A model generated the notes under the pieces. It made no database searches. It saw nothing but the letters and a program-made list of their open reading frames with translations, and had not been told where the DNA came from. A stretch of 63,299 nucleotides of DNA, the filler included. It is 5 parts of 5 records of this genome, joined end to end, with 100 filler letters (N's around TTAATTAATTAA, not from the genome) between each part and the next. Parts side by side here need not be neighbours in the genome. Positions count along the whole stretch, not along the records: positions 30,371 to 46,831 come from DRR378314_1155; positions 46,932 to 55,501 come from DRR378314_1157; 3 more parts are not named here. One strand, 5' to 3'. Of the stretch, positions 39,187 to 52,545 are shown piece by piece; position 1 is the first letter of the stretch, and each line of letters begins with the position of its first letter. The position numbers were made by a program, and so were the translations under genes.

Positions 39187-41731
39187 TCAGAGCGCACCAG
39201 CGCCAGCAAGGATGACTATAATCACAACAATGCAGATAAGCATCAGGCAAACTTTTTTCTGCAGACACAAAATGAACAAGCAAACAACACGTAAACACAA
39301 ATTCAACAATGTTCTCGTTAGGACAACATCTGCACACGTTCATGCGGGAGCGGATTCGTCGACATCTCGCTGCCGCATCAGGGTCTCACACGTTGCATTG
39401 TCGTCGAGGCGTCACGGCGTTCCCACCAGCATACCTTGCGCGCCTTGTTGAGGTACCGGTTCGCCTTGACCAGCTCGGATGTTCCCTTTTCCACGTACTC
39501 CACAGTGTTTTCTACGCTAAATTCGATTGTGTCTAGCCATTCTCCCTGCTCGTGTACCTGAGGAGCAATTCGTCGCAACATGAATGACGAGCAGCACAGC
39601 ACAATGGCGCAGCAAGGCAACAACGCTGAGCGTGCGCCTCCGCACAGTGCAGGTTGACGGATGCGCGGCGTTCTCCCAGACGAATCGCACCAGACGCCCG
39701 GTCCCGGAGCAATCCCGCTAAAGACAGGCGTCTCGCATTATATATATATATACCACTCGCAAGACCACTTCGTGCAATGCAGTATGAATTGTGTCCTGCT
39801 GCGGAACGCGGATCACAAGGAACAGCACGCTAGGCCCGTAGTGTAACGTACCAGGCGGGCGAGGTCGAGGAACATTTCCTGAAGTTCGCGCAGACTGGCT
39901 TCAAGCTGCATCGTAAGATCGCGACGAACACGTGCATGGGATTGTCAACAAAAGAAAGAGTCGGATTGATGGATCTTGCGGTGGTAACAAGGCCATGTAA
40001 ACGCGCGATCTCCCGACAGCAGCAATCCAGCGCACTTCGATTCCGGAGCCTAGTTCGCTTCGGCATCGCTCGCGGCTACGCGTCGCACCTCAACTGCGCC
40101 CTTGTAGCGCTGCTGGACGTCCGAGAGATCCGCCTGGATTGCTGCGAGAAACTGATCTCCTTGGCCATACGTCTTGCCATGGATGAAAGCATCAGCAAGC
40201 TCTTCCACAGCAGAGTCGTCTAAATTTTTTTCCTTTGCCACTACGGTTGCAGACAAGCAGACCAAGAGAGCGACAGCGACCCAAACATAAGAACAAGGCC
40301 GCAAATGAAATCAAAGGAGTAAACAAGAAAATAATATGGTTTAGATAGCCAGCCGGCCTGGGCAGTACGTGCTACCACGCGAAGACTCTACACCAACGAA
40401 CAGCAGTACGTCGACGCGACTCTGCCACGTGTGTCCGAGCGAACGCGCGCCGTACAACGAACCAATGCGCACGAGGCGGATATTCTTCTCCCGCATTGCA
40501 CTCTTGAACTCCGTCTGAACATCGAAAAACGTTTTCATATCATCCATGAATTTCTTATTGAGCGTCTTCAAAAGATTATCGCTGGTGAGCGCAGAAGTGG
40601 GGATGAGGGAAACAACACCGCATTTCAGGATTGCGCGCGTAAGGGGCCAACGTGCGCGCTGCGCCGTCGCAGGCGCATTCGGCGAGACGAGTGCAATCTC
40701 CATGTGCGCCATCGATCGCAGTCTCAATTCTACCGCGCAAGTACCGCCAGCGCCAAGCAGGCTTTCACAGTTGATGTAAGTCACCAAACGCACCGAATGT
40801 GACTTTCGGCTGTTGCGTTCCCACGATTCTCTTTTTCCAACGAGCGCAGACGGCTCTTGATTTTGCGCGCCAGGTCGTTCGCATCCTTCAAATGACGCTC
40901 CATCTGCTCTACCAGACCTGTTAATGCGAGATCGGAGCGTAGATAGGCGTCGATCGACCGAATGTTACTTGCACACACCATGATCACACATGGCAAGCTT
41001 TCATTACGACAAAAAGGGAACCAAAGGAGGGCAAAGCAGACCTGAGGGATATCCGCGAGCCCTAACCAACATCTGCAGCCCGATCGCCCGACCGGCACAA
41101 CACGTCCCCTTTCGTATCCGAACTATACTAACGGTTGACCGAAAAATACCACTCTAACGAGCCCTTACGACTTGCATGTAGATACAATGTGTCGGTACAG
41201 GTTCTACAGATGCAAGTGGGTTCATTGAGATGCCTGGAATCTGCCAGTACCGCAGCATACCGCGCTCCATGTCCGACTGCATTTCCTGCTTGTACGGGTC
41301 GCGAACGGCAGCGACGGATTCGATTTCATTTTCGAAGCGTTGTATATCGTACTTCAGCTCGCCAATCTCGGCGAGAAATGCCTTCATTTCCTCGGACTCG
41401 CCGCCGTTACCCATCCCAGGGTCGGCAGGCGGTGGAGGCGGTACAGCACTGGCTGGGGCCTGCATCTCGACATCCCGGCTCGGTGGCTGCGGGGTTGTAG
41501 GCACCGTACAACGGCAACAATGCAATAGATACAACACTGTGCCATAAGAAATCCGCAGATATCCCGCGGAAATCGATCGCAGTATAGTGCGCGTTGGGGA
41601 GATATCCTGTCCTGAAACATACGGCGTAAAGAAGAGAGAACAGCTGGCCGCGCACGCTCATCGTGCCGTGCGCAACGTACCGCATGACCAAGGGCTCCTC
41701 CGCTGAACAGATCCCGCAGCCGATCTTCCAT
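39187..41731 (-). CDS. Plasma-membrane-type syntaxin (Qa-SNARE), multi-exon
   Basis: MEDRLRDL N-peptide; Habc exons; SNARE motif ASLRELQEMFLDLA / HEQGEWLDTIE..VE.T..YVEKG; C-terminal TM KKVCLMLICIVVIIVILAG. Confidence 0.9.
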
Positions 41732-42066
41732 CCTGCGCCTGTCTCTTTACCTGGGCGACGTTCCGATTCGTTGCAGTGTGGAAATATTACGGAAGCTGCT
41801 CCTGTAGGCACTGCGGGCTCTTCCAAGACGCGTATCGTGGGCCCACAGGCAGAGCACGGGTGGCACGCCTCAGCTGCATGCGGGAGTCGACGGGTGCGAA
41901 GCCAGGTCGGGAGCACGGCAAGATACAACAAACGAGCAAGGAAACAATGACATCAGTGGCACTTTCCAAGAATATCGCAGCACCGCATCAAACCCAACCG
42001 TCAATTTCGATCCCCAAGTAAGCGTAGAGGGAGTAAGGGGCTGGGGAGAAAAACAAACAAACAATT

Positions 42067-42324
42067 ATGGCCCAAGGCGAGCGAACTGCACAGGCAAAAG
42101 AGGTACAGGTGCACGCCGACCCTCCATGCCCTTCGTGCAAGCGCGTTCGCGCAGACGGAAGCACTACGGGGAACGCTCCAAATCTGCGCGTGTTTTTCCT
42201 ACCACCATTCCCATTGAGCGCGAGGAAAAACACCACGTATCAATGCACCGTACAGCTAAAATGCAAGCGACGTTGGAACGCCTCCGGAACGCATCGCTGT
42301 GGACCTACGGCGGAGAAAGTATAG
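42067..42324 (+). CDS. Possible small zinc-ribbon protein
   Basis: CPSC...VFFLPPFPLS...YQC....C loosely resembles zinc_ribbon_15; weak. Confidence 0.25.
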   Translation: MAQGERTAQAKEVQVHADPPCPSCKRVRADGSTTGNAPNLRVFFLPPFPLSARKNTTYQCTVQLKCKRRWNASGTHRCGPTAEKV

Positions 42325-43903
42325 CTGCAAAATACGGAGGGCTCTACGGAGGCACAGAAAGTGCGCCAGGCGCTGCACAGCTCCCTCCTTGTTCAGCAGA
42401 GGTGCGCATGCTCGCCCAGCGCCCCTTTTCTCTCCTCCCTTTGTAAGGAGAAGACGTGCGCCATTGGACTATTGAAAAGATGGACATATTTCTTCTTGGC
42501 ACTGGATATGCGAAGACGGGTAGGAGATGCGCGCGTATTGGGCGAGGAGCCAGCGCGCGCACTCTGAGCGTAGTTTCGCACAACGCATCAACGGCTCTGA
42601 CGCTAGGCAGACCGAGGCCAGCTACTGCTGCTAGAACAAGCGCGTCGCCACAGGCAACGGCGCCCTGTGCGCAACAATACGTGAACAGCACCGCCTTCTG
42701 TTAGGCTAGGCAACACGCTTAATGCATAAAAAGCACACGGTAACAAAATCGCCGATAAATCCGAAGCGGAGCTCCGACCTCTGATCAGAGTTGACCTTGT
42801 AGCGCGCCGGGCAGCAAACCGCCACGCGAACACCGGCGAGCTGATCGCCCAGGACGCAAGGAGAGAGGCGTGCTGCCGTGGGCTGGACGTCGTATGCGCT
42901 AGAGACAGGCACCTTGCTCGCGCGCGTTCCGAGCAGATTCAATAATAGGTCTAACAATACATACACAGAGAAATCATTTTAGCCGCCGGCGCAACGGCAG
43001 AGAAGTCCTGTGCACCCGCGTGAGACGGTGGAGCAATGTGATACAATAGACCGAGGTGCAACCGCAGCGTAACGAGGGGGGAAATATCTTTCCAGCCCAA
43101 GCCAGTGCGCTGTGCAAACCCACAGCAGCGACTAAAGCAAGCAAACCTCACGAGATTACCCTGCACAGCAAACAGATACATGTTCACCTGATCCTATGCT
43201 AAGTGGAAATGGACTGAACGAGTGCAAAATACACGCATTTCACAGCGAGCAGTGCAAGAGGCGCGCGCGTGCGGAGTACGAACGCACCAACACGTGCAGG
43301 TTACCAGGTACTCCGCGGCACACCCTGGACGCTGAGCAGGCGCGCGCGCAGCCACTCCGCTTCGCGGGGCTGTCGTACGTGTCGATCAATCCGACAAGCA
43401 GCACGGGATCGTCTTGGCACTTGTGCAGGAGAAGCTTCAGGCTCCAGATTCGATGCCGGGATCTCGACGAGTGGAAGCACACCGCGTCCCTGCTTGCACT
43501 GCCCCGCACGAAGCCTCTCCGCCGTCCTCAATTTTACCCCTAGTACGCGTCACAGTGGTGTGAAGTATATCACACATCCTATAATATGCTTAAATAACTG
43601 TGAGTATTGAGTATTTATTCCAGGACCGAGAGGCCCTTGGCCCACGCTTGATAGACGGCTGTCGCAGAACGTTGCGCGAGGCAAGCGAGTGCTGTATTCC
43701 TGGTCCCAAGCGCCGGCTGCAGGTGCTACGCTGCCCGGTCCGGTTCTCTTCTGGGCTACGCACGGCTGTGTATGCGCAGCGAAGATTATTGACGCCCGAT
43801 CACCCCTAAATTATTGGTACCGCGAGTAGCAGAGACGTCGAGTAGGGTGGCGAGCAGCGCGGCCGTTTTCACACACTCTCTCTTTTTGTTTTTGTTCAAT
43901 GCG

Positions 43904-46831
43904 ATGGATTCCGCGGGCGCAGGTATTTTTGCGCGTTTGAACAGTGCCGTCTCGGCTGTGCAGCGCCTCGCGACCGAGGGTGTGACTGTGTGCCCGCCGC
44001 GCACGGAAGCGGTGGCGCTTCTGCACAGCGTGCGCGACGTTCTTGAAAGCGGTCTATTATCACGCGAAGATGGGGGCTTAGGCAGCGTGTGGCTGGTTCT
44101 GTGCTCAATTGTAAATGGCGACTCGGCCTTGGGCGTTGGGCGCTTTGCGCGGCGGGTCATCTCGTCGGCGAGCGGCCCGTCCGGCAGCGGCAGCAGCGTG
44201 CTCGACGGAAGCTCGGACGCCGCTGCGTTGCACGCCGCCTTCGAACACGCACAGAGTCTTCCTGTGTGTGGTCCCACAGACACTAATCCCGATTGTCGAT
44301 TAAGGGCGTTTTTAGAGTTTTCTCTGAACCGCGGGTCTCTGGGCGCGTCGGCGGATTTCCTCGTTCGCCAGCTAGGAGGCTCGCGCCGCTGGTACGCCGA
44401 CTCCGCCCTGCTTCGAAACAAAGCTATGGGCCCGTTCGTCATCTCCGTGCTTGGGAAGTTGGGCGCCGTTTCCTTCGCCTTTGATGCTAAACTGAGGCCT
44501 TTCGAGGATCGTGAATCGAAAGCGGGAGCCCATGCTGAGGGATCTTCCTCAAACGAAGAGAAAAACGCGCCCTCCGCAGCCTTTGCCTCTGCCAGTCCGT
44601 CGAGCACGGCGGAGCCGGTCACTCTCGTGGCGGCGCGCCGTGCCAGTGCGCCGCGCCTTGCGCAGCTGTCGCCAGGCTCTGTGGATGGCTCTTCGTCAGA
44701 GAAGCCCGGATCTGTACCGCGCAAAAGTCGACTGCGACTACGATCGCGTGCCGCTGCGAAAGGACGACAATCTGCAACCAGCGCTGCCGCTGTCGAACAG
44801 GAAGCACACGTGGTGGACAGTGGGAGCGCTGACGCGTCGCAACGCGAGCACGCCCATGGCGAGGGCGATGTCCCGCCAGCGGACGAGCAGAGCCGCGCGC
44901 TTGCTGCAGACACGGCCACGCAGAGTGTCTATACCTCCCCTTATCGTCTGGGAAACGGACTCGTCGAGCATCAAGATCATGGAGACACGGCAACAACTTG
45001 TGTCCAAGGATCGATTGCTGTCAAAAAGGAGCAGAGTGATGCAGAGGCACGACTTGCAGCGAGTGAGCTTGTGCGCGGCGCCATTTCTGTTGCTGCTAGC
45101 GCGTGCAGCGAATCTGATGGGCTGTCCCAAGAGCAGCCGGCGCCCGTCGTGCACTCTCAAGATGGAGCTGCAGCTGTTATCGACAGTTCAGAAGCACATG
45201 ATATCGCTTATTCGTTGGTGCTTGAATGTATTGAGACTGCTATGCAGCGCGTTACAATGAGTGAGCTCTGCGCAGAGGACGAGAGTGCGTGCTCGGCGGA
45301 GTCGCACGGCGAGCGTGGCGGCGACTCGCTGGAGGAAACGCTACAACTGGACGAGTCAAGCATGGTCGGGCCAGTATGGGAGTTTGAAACTGCTACAAAA
45401 GGTGATGATGACCATGAAGCAGAGAATGGGGTACCAGAGCAAGCGAGCTTTCCGTCCAATACGCGTGGGGGTGGAATGCGTGACAGCACGGGGGTATCCT
45501 CGCGCAACGAACAGCACCGCACTGATACTCCGCCACGCAACATCGGCGCAAGCGACACGGATACTGCAGAGGCAGATCAGGAGAATGGCGCAAGTGAAGG
45601 CGAAAAAGCAGACGAAAGTTTTCCCCACCCTCAGCTCGCTCGATTTAATCGACGTACGTACGTCATTTTTCCTGAAAAGGGCGAACCAAAGGCGGAGAGT
45701 TCGAGCCCGCAGCGGGCTCCTCGGAGCGCGTGGGACGACGGTGTGTTTTCCGAGCGCGCAACCGCTAGTACGAGCAACGACACGTCGTCTGCAGCACCTG
45801 CGGCGGCGGGTGACACGGCTGCCTCTCCTTCACAAACAGCATCCGTGTCAAATACTGCAGAAACTACGACGAACCGCGCATCTACACTTATTTTGCGCGT
45901 ACAGCCCCGTCGGACGCTGGACGACCAAGATTTTGCGTGCGCTGGGTGTGGAGCACCGTTTGACCTCGGATCAGAAGATTCGTTCCAGTGGTGCGAGTAC
46001 TCCGGGCAGTACTTTTGCCAATCGTGCCACACTGGCGAGACTGCCTTTATCCCTGCGCGCATGGTGAACGAATGGGATTTTACGCGGTATGCGGTGTCTT
46101 CCGAAGCAAAGACGTTCCTCCGCTCGATACGAGACAGCCCTGTGCTATTTATTCACCCAGACCTGATCAAGAGCATCACAACGCTCGGGCACGTGTGGCT
46201 GCTCCGTAAGCAGCTGACACACATCCGCGATTTCGTGCTCACATGCCCCAAGCGCGAGGAGCTACTCCGGTACGTGCGGCAAGGATTTGTTCCAGGGACA
46301 GGAAAATTGTATACGAATAGGTTGTATTTTCTCTTGCGATTCGGCGGGCACGGAGCCTTCGTCGATGGCGCTCTGTGTCCGTGGTTGTAACACTTTTTCT
46401 TTTTCTTTTTTTTCTTTCGCGCTCTCACCCTTGCTGCATCCACTTCAACGCAGTATGCGCAAGATTCAGCGCAGCGCATGCCTGCAGAACGATGTACTAA
46501 TCCTTGTGTGTGGCATCGGTTTTGTGGTATTGGTGAGCTACGCTTGCATTTACCCTTGACTATGCATTTCCCGTATTTTTCTTTGCTTTGTTATGGTATC
46601 AACGCCGGGCTACTCTTCGGCCGGTGTATCGCAGGATTATTGCTGGCCGCGAGCATTTAATGATGAAAACAAACGGATTTTCAATACGGGATGTAGTCGA
46701 GGTCAAGGTACGAGGACCAACAACTGCGTGGCAAATCTGCTCCGCAACACGTGTCGTGTGGAAGCAGACTCGCAAGTGCCCGCGGTGCCCTTTCTTGCTG
46801 GTGCTGGTGCTGGTGCTGCTGCTGCTGCTGC
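43904..46831 (+). CDS. RUN + Rubicon-homology (DUF4206) domain protein, PLEKHM1/Rubicon/DEF8-like (3'-partial)
   Basis: RUN: RLRAFLEFSLN...WYADSALLR. RH: QDFACAGCG...CEYSGQYFCQSCH....IPARMVNEWDF. A further exon near 46635-46708 encodes REHLMMKTNGFSIRDVVEV. Confidence 0.85.
46797..46831. repeat. Microsatellite (GCTGGT)n(GCT)n at the contig end
   Basis: Directly visible; probable cause of the assembly break. Confidence 0.8.
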
Positions 46832-46931
46832 NNNNNNNNNNNNNNNNNNNNNNNNNNNNNNNNNNNNNNNNNNNNTTAATTAATTAANNNNNNNNNNNNN
46901 NNNNNNNNNNNNNNNNNNNNNNNNNNNNNNN
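46832..46931. other. Artificial contig-joining spacer
   Basis: N-run, TTAATTAATTAA, N-run. Confidence 0.99.
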
Positions 46932-47017
46932 CTTTGTCACAGCGACGCCGCTTGTGCGTACTCGCTATAAACTTGGGACATTGTTAACTTGCACCAGCAT
47001 ACCATCTACTGCGGCTG

Positions 47018-47823
47018 CAGTGGATCGGTTATGCAATTCAAATTCCAGCTCCGGACGCCTGAAAAAGGAACGACCTCAACCAATTGTTGTGCGTCGAGTC
47101 CGACCATCGAATAAGCTGCTTCCGAAAGAGCCGGAGGATGGCCCCTCGCGTCTTGACGAAGGTACGCAAATAAAGAAAAAGTAACGCATATGTAGCGTTG
47201 ATATTTTCTTCTGTACAGAGCAAGAATTTTCCAACCTGCGAGGGGAAACGGGTATGCGTACGACAAAACTCAGCGGGGAATCGATGAAGAACGTGGCGGA
47301 CAACGTTCCCAGCTCCTCGTCACGCGCACGGTTGTGTACCACATCCGCCGCATTTCTGTCCTCCTGCCCCTACACAACGCGCCACACGATACCGATTGGA
47401 AATACTCTTCTTCAATTTTCCTTGCTTTCATCTTCGTGTATTTTGCAGTGCTCGAGGAAATCAGGGAAAGACGATTATTTTTAGAGGAAATGCGAGCGCT
47501 AGGGGACGGTCCTCGCGTCGAGCGCATCGTGTTTCCACAGATCGACGAGGTACGCGCCCAATGCCAATTCTTTCCAAAGTGCCTTTCCTTGCAAAACATT
47601 TGATTCAAGCCTGAAAAACACATGAATTAATACGACGCTTCCAACATACATGAATTGCACTGTGTGAAGCGCCACACAAGTTGAGGATCTGTGCTTACAC
47701 GTTGCTACTTTGTCTGCGGCTCGCGCGGCGTACCCGGCGCTCCCCGTGTGCTCGTGTGGTGGCGTGGTGCGGCTCGAGCAGCTCATGAAGGAGCTTCGCA
47801 CATTGGAAGCGGCCTCTCCGTGA
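47018..47823 (+). CDS. UPF0193/EVG1 (C22orf23)-like protein, 3' exons (5'-partial)
   Basis: Exon 47449-47549 LEEIRERRLFLEEMRALGDG..VERIVFPQIDE spliced to LMKELRTLEAASP*; matches the EI.ER..FL.EM..LG motif. Confidence 0.6.
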
Positions 47824-48387
47824 GCAGTGACCAGCCACGTAAGATTTTCTTCTGATGGTCATGCAATCAGCCATGGAAGACGATTGTCCTGTACATTAAC
47901 TATCTGCGCGGCAGAAAGCACAACCGCATCGTCGGCCGGAGGGACATTCCGCCTCTGCAGTAGCGCCACTCGTCCGGATGGGCTTCGTTCATTGAGCAGG
48001 CATACCCAACGCTCGGGTAACCCTCCTTGCGCGTCACCCTGTCTCTGTACAATACATATGATACCCTACGATGTAGCGTGCAATGTAAGAGACAGACGGA
48101 ATGACTGCCCGCGTGCCACGGACGCGAAAACCAAAAGCACATCTCGTATGCGCTCGTTACTGCGCGGCGCCCTGGGGGTCGATTCTTGCCAAACTGGGAG
48201 ATGTTCTTAAACCTATATTGCAAGCCGAACTTTCGGGCGTGCTTCGGTGCCGCTTGCTCTCGCACACGCGCCGCGCTCCTCGGAGCACACGTCGCACCGG
48301 GAGAGCGCGCCGCCGGCCTCCCGATCTGCTCCTAGCCTATCGCTGTTCAATCGCTTGATTTAGGTGTTTGATATTTGTGTGCCTGTT

Positions 48388-49290
48388 ATGAGTGGAGCGT
48401 GGAGTGCCCTTCAAGCTGATGTGGTGGTTCGAGTGCAGTCGGTGTTTGCACCGGGCGAGACGTGGCAGATTATCACGCGCTGCGCCGATCCTGCCAACGC
48501 GTTTCTTGTGCTCATCCCGGCACTCGCAGGGATTTTCCCGGGAAACGCCGCAGCGCTTGTAACTCTATGCGTACTTATCTTTGCTGATTACAGCAATGCG
48601 GTATTTCTGAAATGGCCGCTTGGTCATTTTTTGGGAAACCGGCCATACTGGGTGGACTCGCGAGTTGCCGAGACTCGTTGGACTTGCGAAACGGGGTTCG
48701 GCTTTCCTTCCGGCCACGCCATGGTCAGCGCCGCCACATTCATTACCCTTGCGCGCTCGGTGCCACTGAGGGACCGAACAAGATCTTTACTTGTATTTTG
48801 TGCGTTTACGCTGTCGAGTGCCGCTGGCCTGTCTCGTGTGGTCATAGGAGCGCACAGTATCGATCAGGTGGTTGCTGGCCTGGCGATCGGTGTCGCCACG
48901 GCGCAGTTCCTTCCAGCCGTGATCCACAAGTTGCTTTCGCGCGCCCAGAAGCGTCCCATAATTCAGCTCCATTATGCGTATGCACTAGCAATCGCAAGTG
49001 GGCTAGGTGTCTACGGGCTCGCAGCGACGATGATGTGGGCATTACGCGGCGCAGGGCTCGACCCGCTGGCATCGGTAGCGCTAGCCCGCGCAGGCTGCGA
49101 CGGGCCGCTCCCGACCTACATCGCCTCGCCACTGGAGCACATCGCGCGCGACGCCGGAGCAACGGCTGGATTAGTCCTAGAGATACTTCGCCTTGCTTCG
49201 ACGCCGAGTGCCATTGGCCGACCTGGAGGGGCTGTTGCGGCATTCGCAGGGGTATTTGGTGCACAGGTACGACCTACGCTGCCACCGTAG
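48388..49290 (+). CDS. PAP2-superfamily phosphatase, glucose-6-phosphatase (G6PC)-like; probably spliced to further 3' exons
   Basis: KW......NRPYWV, CETGFGFPSGHAM, SRVVIGAHSIDQVVAG (the three PAP2 motifs); donor GT at 49267. Confidence 0.8.
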   Translation: MSGAWSALQADVVVRVQSVFAPGETWQIITRCADPANAFLVLIPALAGIFPGNAAALVTLCVLIFADYSNAVFLKWPLGHFLGNRPYWVDSRVAETRWTCETGFGFPSGHAMVSAATFITLARSVPLRDRTRSLLVFCAFTLSSAAGLSRVVIGAHSIDQVVAGLAIGVATAQFLPAVIHKLLSRAQKRPIIQLHYAYALAIASGLGVYGLAATMMWALRGAGLDPLASVALARAGCDGPLPTYIASPLEHIARDAGATAGLVLEILRLASTPSAIGRPGGAVAAFAGVFGAQVRPTLPP

Positions 49291-50443
49291 TAGCACGACG
49301 TCGAGCGAGCAAGGGGCGTGGCAGCTCGCTGCCATCTGGAATGCGCACGTTCTGCGAAAGTGGTCTTTCTTTGCAATTGCCCAACAATTCCTTGCTGGCG
49401 TGCTGGAGAGTTGTTCGGCGAAGCGCAGCGCGCAGGGCAGCGCGAGCGGTGCGCGCCAAGGCCTCTCCTCACACTTCGCGCCGTGCTGCACCGCTGCTGC
49501 CGTACCAGGTCCTTGCTGCGTGGAAGCCGGCGACGCAGAATATGACCGTACTTGTCCCGTATGCATTCGTACAATTTTTCGCTGTCACCACGGTATGCAG
49601 CCGCCTTAGCGCACCCACATCGCACTTGGAAAAGTCACTGAAATGTTACTGGGCGTCCAAAACAATGCGAGCTATTGGACGTTGCGCATCCGAGCGGTAC
49701 GTGCGGTTCTCGATTGACTGTTTCGCCCTGGTTGGTCTGCTGTTGTCGTTCTGATCTGCAGTGGATGTTTCGCGGCGCGCCGCGAGCTGCCCAAAGTATC
49801 ACAAGACTCTTCATTCATTCAAGAGCAGTACACAAGCAATGATCATGCATATGTTACACACGGGAAGCTACCCGTAGAGTTTTCGTCTGCAGCGCGGCCG
49901 CTGCTGACAACTCGTTCGCTGCCCGGGAGCGCTTCCACAGACGCCGTCGATCCCGCGACAGCTGGTACCTCGGCAGCTACGCTCGCTCTAGCTCTCCTTG
50001 TACAAACTCAATGTAAAATATATCCTTGTACAATGCGCCGCCGCGTACCGGCGGTGCGTGCGCGGGACGATAGAGCACCTCCCGCACATGATGGCACAAC
50101 AACAAAAAAAAAACATGGATGGCACGCTTGCATCATTGAGCGAATCACACAAGCAGACTGCGCCGGTAAGAACACCCGCGATGTCAGCGACACGGAGAAC
50201 AGCGGAGAATCCGCAAACGCAGTTTCGTACCCGTCGTTTCTGGGAACGCATGCGCCCCGCTTTCGCGTCGCGGCGGACACAGCAGCGCACTCCTCACACT
50301 CACCGCTAGTTTGCCCAGAAAACAAAACAAGTGCGCACAAGCCCACAGATCAACAGTTTCACTGTGGCATTGCAAACAGGAATGGTAGTCCCCTCCTGAA
50401 GTTCAGGAGAGTGCCGCAGCGCTCGCCCAGAGGTGCATCGCCA

Positions 50444-51850
50444 TCACGGGTCCTGGTCCATCGCGTCCGTGTCTGCTGTGCTGCCCTGTGTGGCGACGGC
50501 GCCTTCCTCATCCCGCGCGTCACCAGGGCCCACCTTCCCCTCCTTTCCGTCATCTGCATCTTCATCATCACTTGAACTGGAGTAGTCTGCTATATCGTCG
50601 TCGCGCAGCATGTGCTGAACCTCGTCAAACGCGCACAAGAGCAGCGAGAGCTGCTTCGACCGCTGCTGAGCAGCGGTTTCCAGCCGCGCCAGCCGCTCGT
50701 CGGCCCGCTGGCTCTCGCTCTTCGCTTTCGACAAAGCGCTGCATCGGTTCGAAAGGACGACAAACAGCACAAACGCCGCAGTTCTGCTGTGATAAGGTGG
50801 AAAGGGGTACCAATCTGCAGCAGATTTGAGGGGAACTTACGCGAAGCAATCCACAGTGCAACTCTGACGAACCGGGGCCATCAGGCCACTTCTAGAACAG
50901 CCGATTTGTTCTACTGGACTCCAAGCACCTGAGCAACTGAAATGCACGAGCGAAAATTAACATACGCTTGAATCTCTGTACGGGATGGGTGCTTATTGAC
51001 TTCACGGGCGAGAAGCTCGCATTCCTCTTTGTCAGCTTGCTCTCTGCGAGCTTCTTCGAGCTCTGCCTTCTTCACCGCAATGCCCCGCCGTGCTTCCTCG
51101 TTGTCATGAGCTGCACAGAGCAAAGTGAGAGACACAGCCATTCTCCCGTTGGTGTCACGCCAAAGAAGCTCTATGAAATACTGTAATAGCTACCGTTGCG
51201 AGAAGAACGGGCTATGAGTGCATTGAGGTAGCGTTTGTTGGGGCAAGGATTTTTCCTGAGAGAGAGAGAGAGAAGGCATTTTCTCCGCGGTGCTCGTGAC
51301 CAAACAGGCGCCGAAAGCGACACCGCGCGCGTAGAGAGGCAGCGCAAGTACGAGGGCGCGCGGCACTGCGCCGTCCAGGATAAACGCGCACTCGTAGCAT
51401 CGAATATTGTATAGATAGAAAGGCGCACCAGCTGTTTCGCGGAGCACTCCGAGCGCTTTCTCGTTTGCATCCTGGGCGGCAGCGACGCGCTCAGCTTTTA
51501 TGAGTACGGTTCGATACACCTCCACTTCGCGCGCGAAGACATCGAGAGCCTTTTCCCTGCACGTTCATCGCGGATCGCTAGCAGTTAGCAGAAGCAAGTG
51601 GCAAGACAGCAAGTCGAACGTGATACACAGAAAGCCCGATCTATTTGCAGAGATCATCAGAACGTCAAGGCACGCCTATGGAGGGTGGAGCTCTTAACGA
51701 GCGGAAAAGCTAGACGACACACCTTTCCGCGTCTGAGGCGGCTCTGCTGGAGTCGCGCGAGAATCGCGCAGTAGCCTTGACCAGGCGCTTGAACGGTCCC
51801 TCCTTTGCATCCAGCTTCAGCTCGATAATTTCATCGGTTTCTGATGAAGG
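50444..51850 (-). CDS. THOC7: THO complex subunit 7, multi-exon (start not located)
   Basis: DEII..KL....GPFKRLVK; KKAELEEARREQADKEECELLAREVNKHPSR; RSKQLSLLL; acidic tail. Confidence 0.75.
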
Positions 51851-52545
51851 AGCAATCGCATACAAGTTGTTTTTGGATAGAACAAGAAACAGCAGAACGG
51901 TTACGGGCTCTCGGAGGATGAGGCACAGCACGCGCGCTGCTTGTCGGCCGACGCCGCGGGGCGGCCGCGCAGCCCAAGCGGTCGCCGGCAGCTGCGACGG
52001 CACGAAACGCTGGGGTGCAAAGTGTCACCCCTCGCCCACAATGATGCTATCGCACACCCGCGACAACAAGATATTTTCATACATATAACTCTACTCAAAC
52101 CATGCAAGGAAGGTGGAATGCCTAGAAAAGCGGAACAATCCTTGCCTTCCATGTTTGGTCCCAGGGAACGCGCCGTCGGTCGCTCCTCCGCGAAACAACT
52201 CGCACCCCACTGCGGCGCGTGATCAAAAGCGCCAAAGGCGAGGGGCAAGGCGCGGTGGAGTAGGGCTGATATATGACATACATCGTTTTGACACAAAAAT
52301 AGTTGCCGCGCTACAGGTCTACATTATCCGATCGTACAGCAAACAGAGGCTTAGCTTGCTGTGTGCCCAGGATGGACGATGGTGGGAACGTGCGAGAACC
52401 CCAATGCGTAAACCACGTCGTGGAAGAGCAGCGCCACGGTTTCGGCCTCCGACGCGGCACCGCGCGTGTGCTGGCCAAGATACGCGGTCCCCCGCTCCTG
52501 TGCAACGAAACCACGGTGCTCGCGAGCGTGCTTTTGCGACCGAAG

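Noticed and set aside
30371-46831. Membrane-trafficking gene cluster (Exo70, syntaxin, RUN-RH)
   Set aside because: The genes are interspersed with unrelated ones on mixed strands; chance proximity cannot be excluded.
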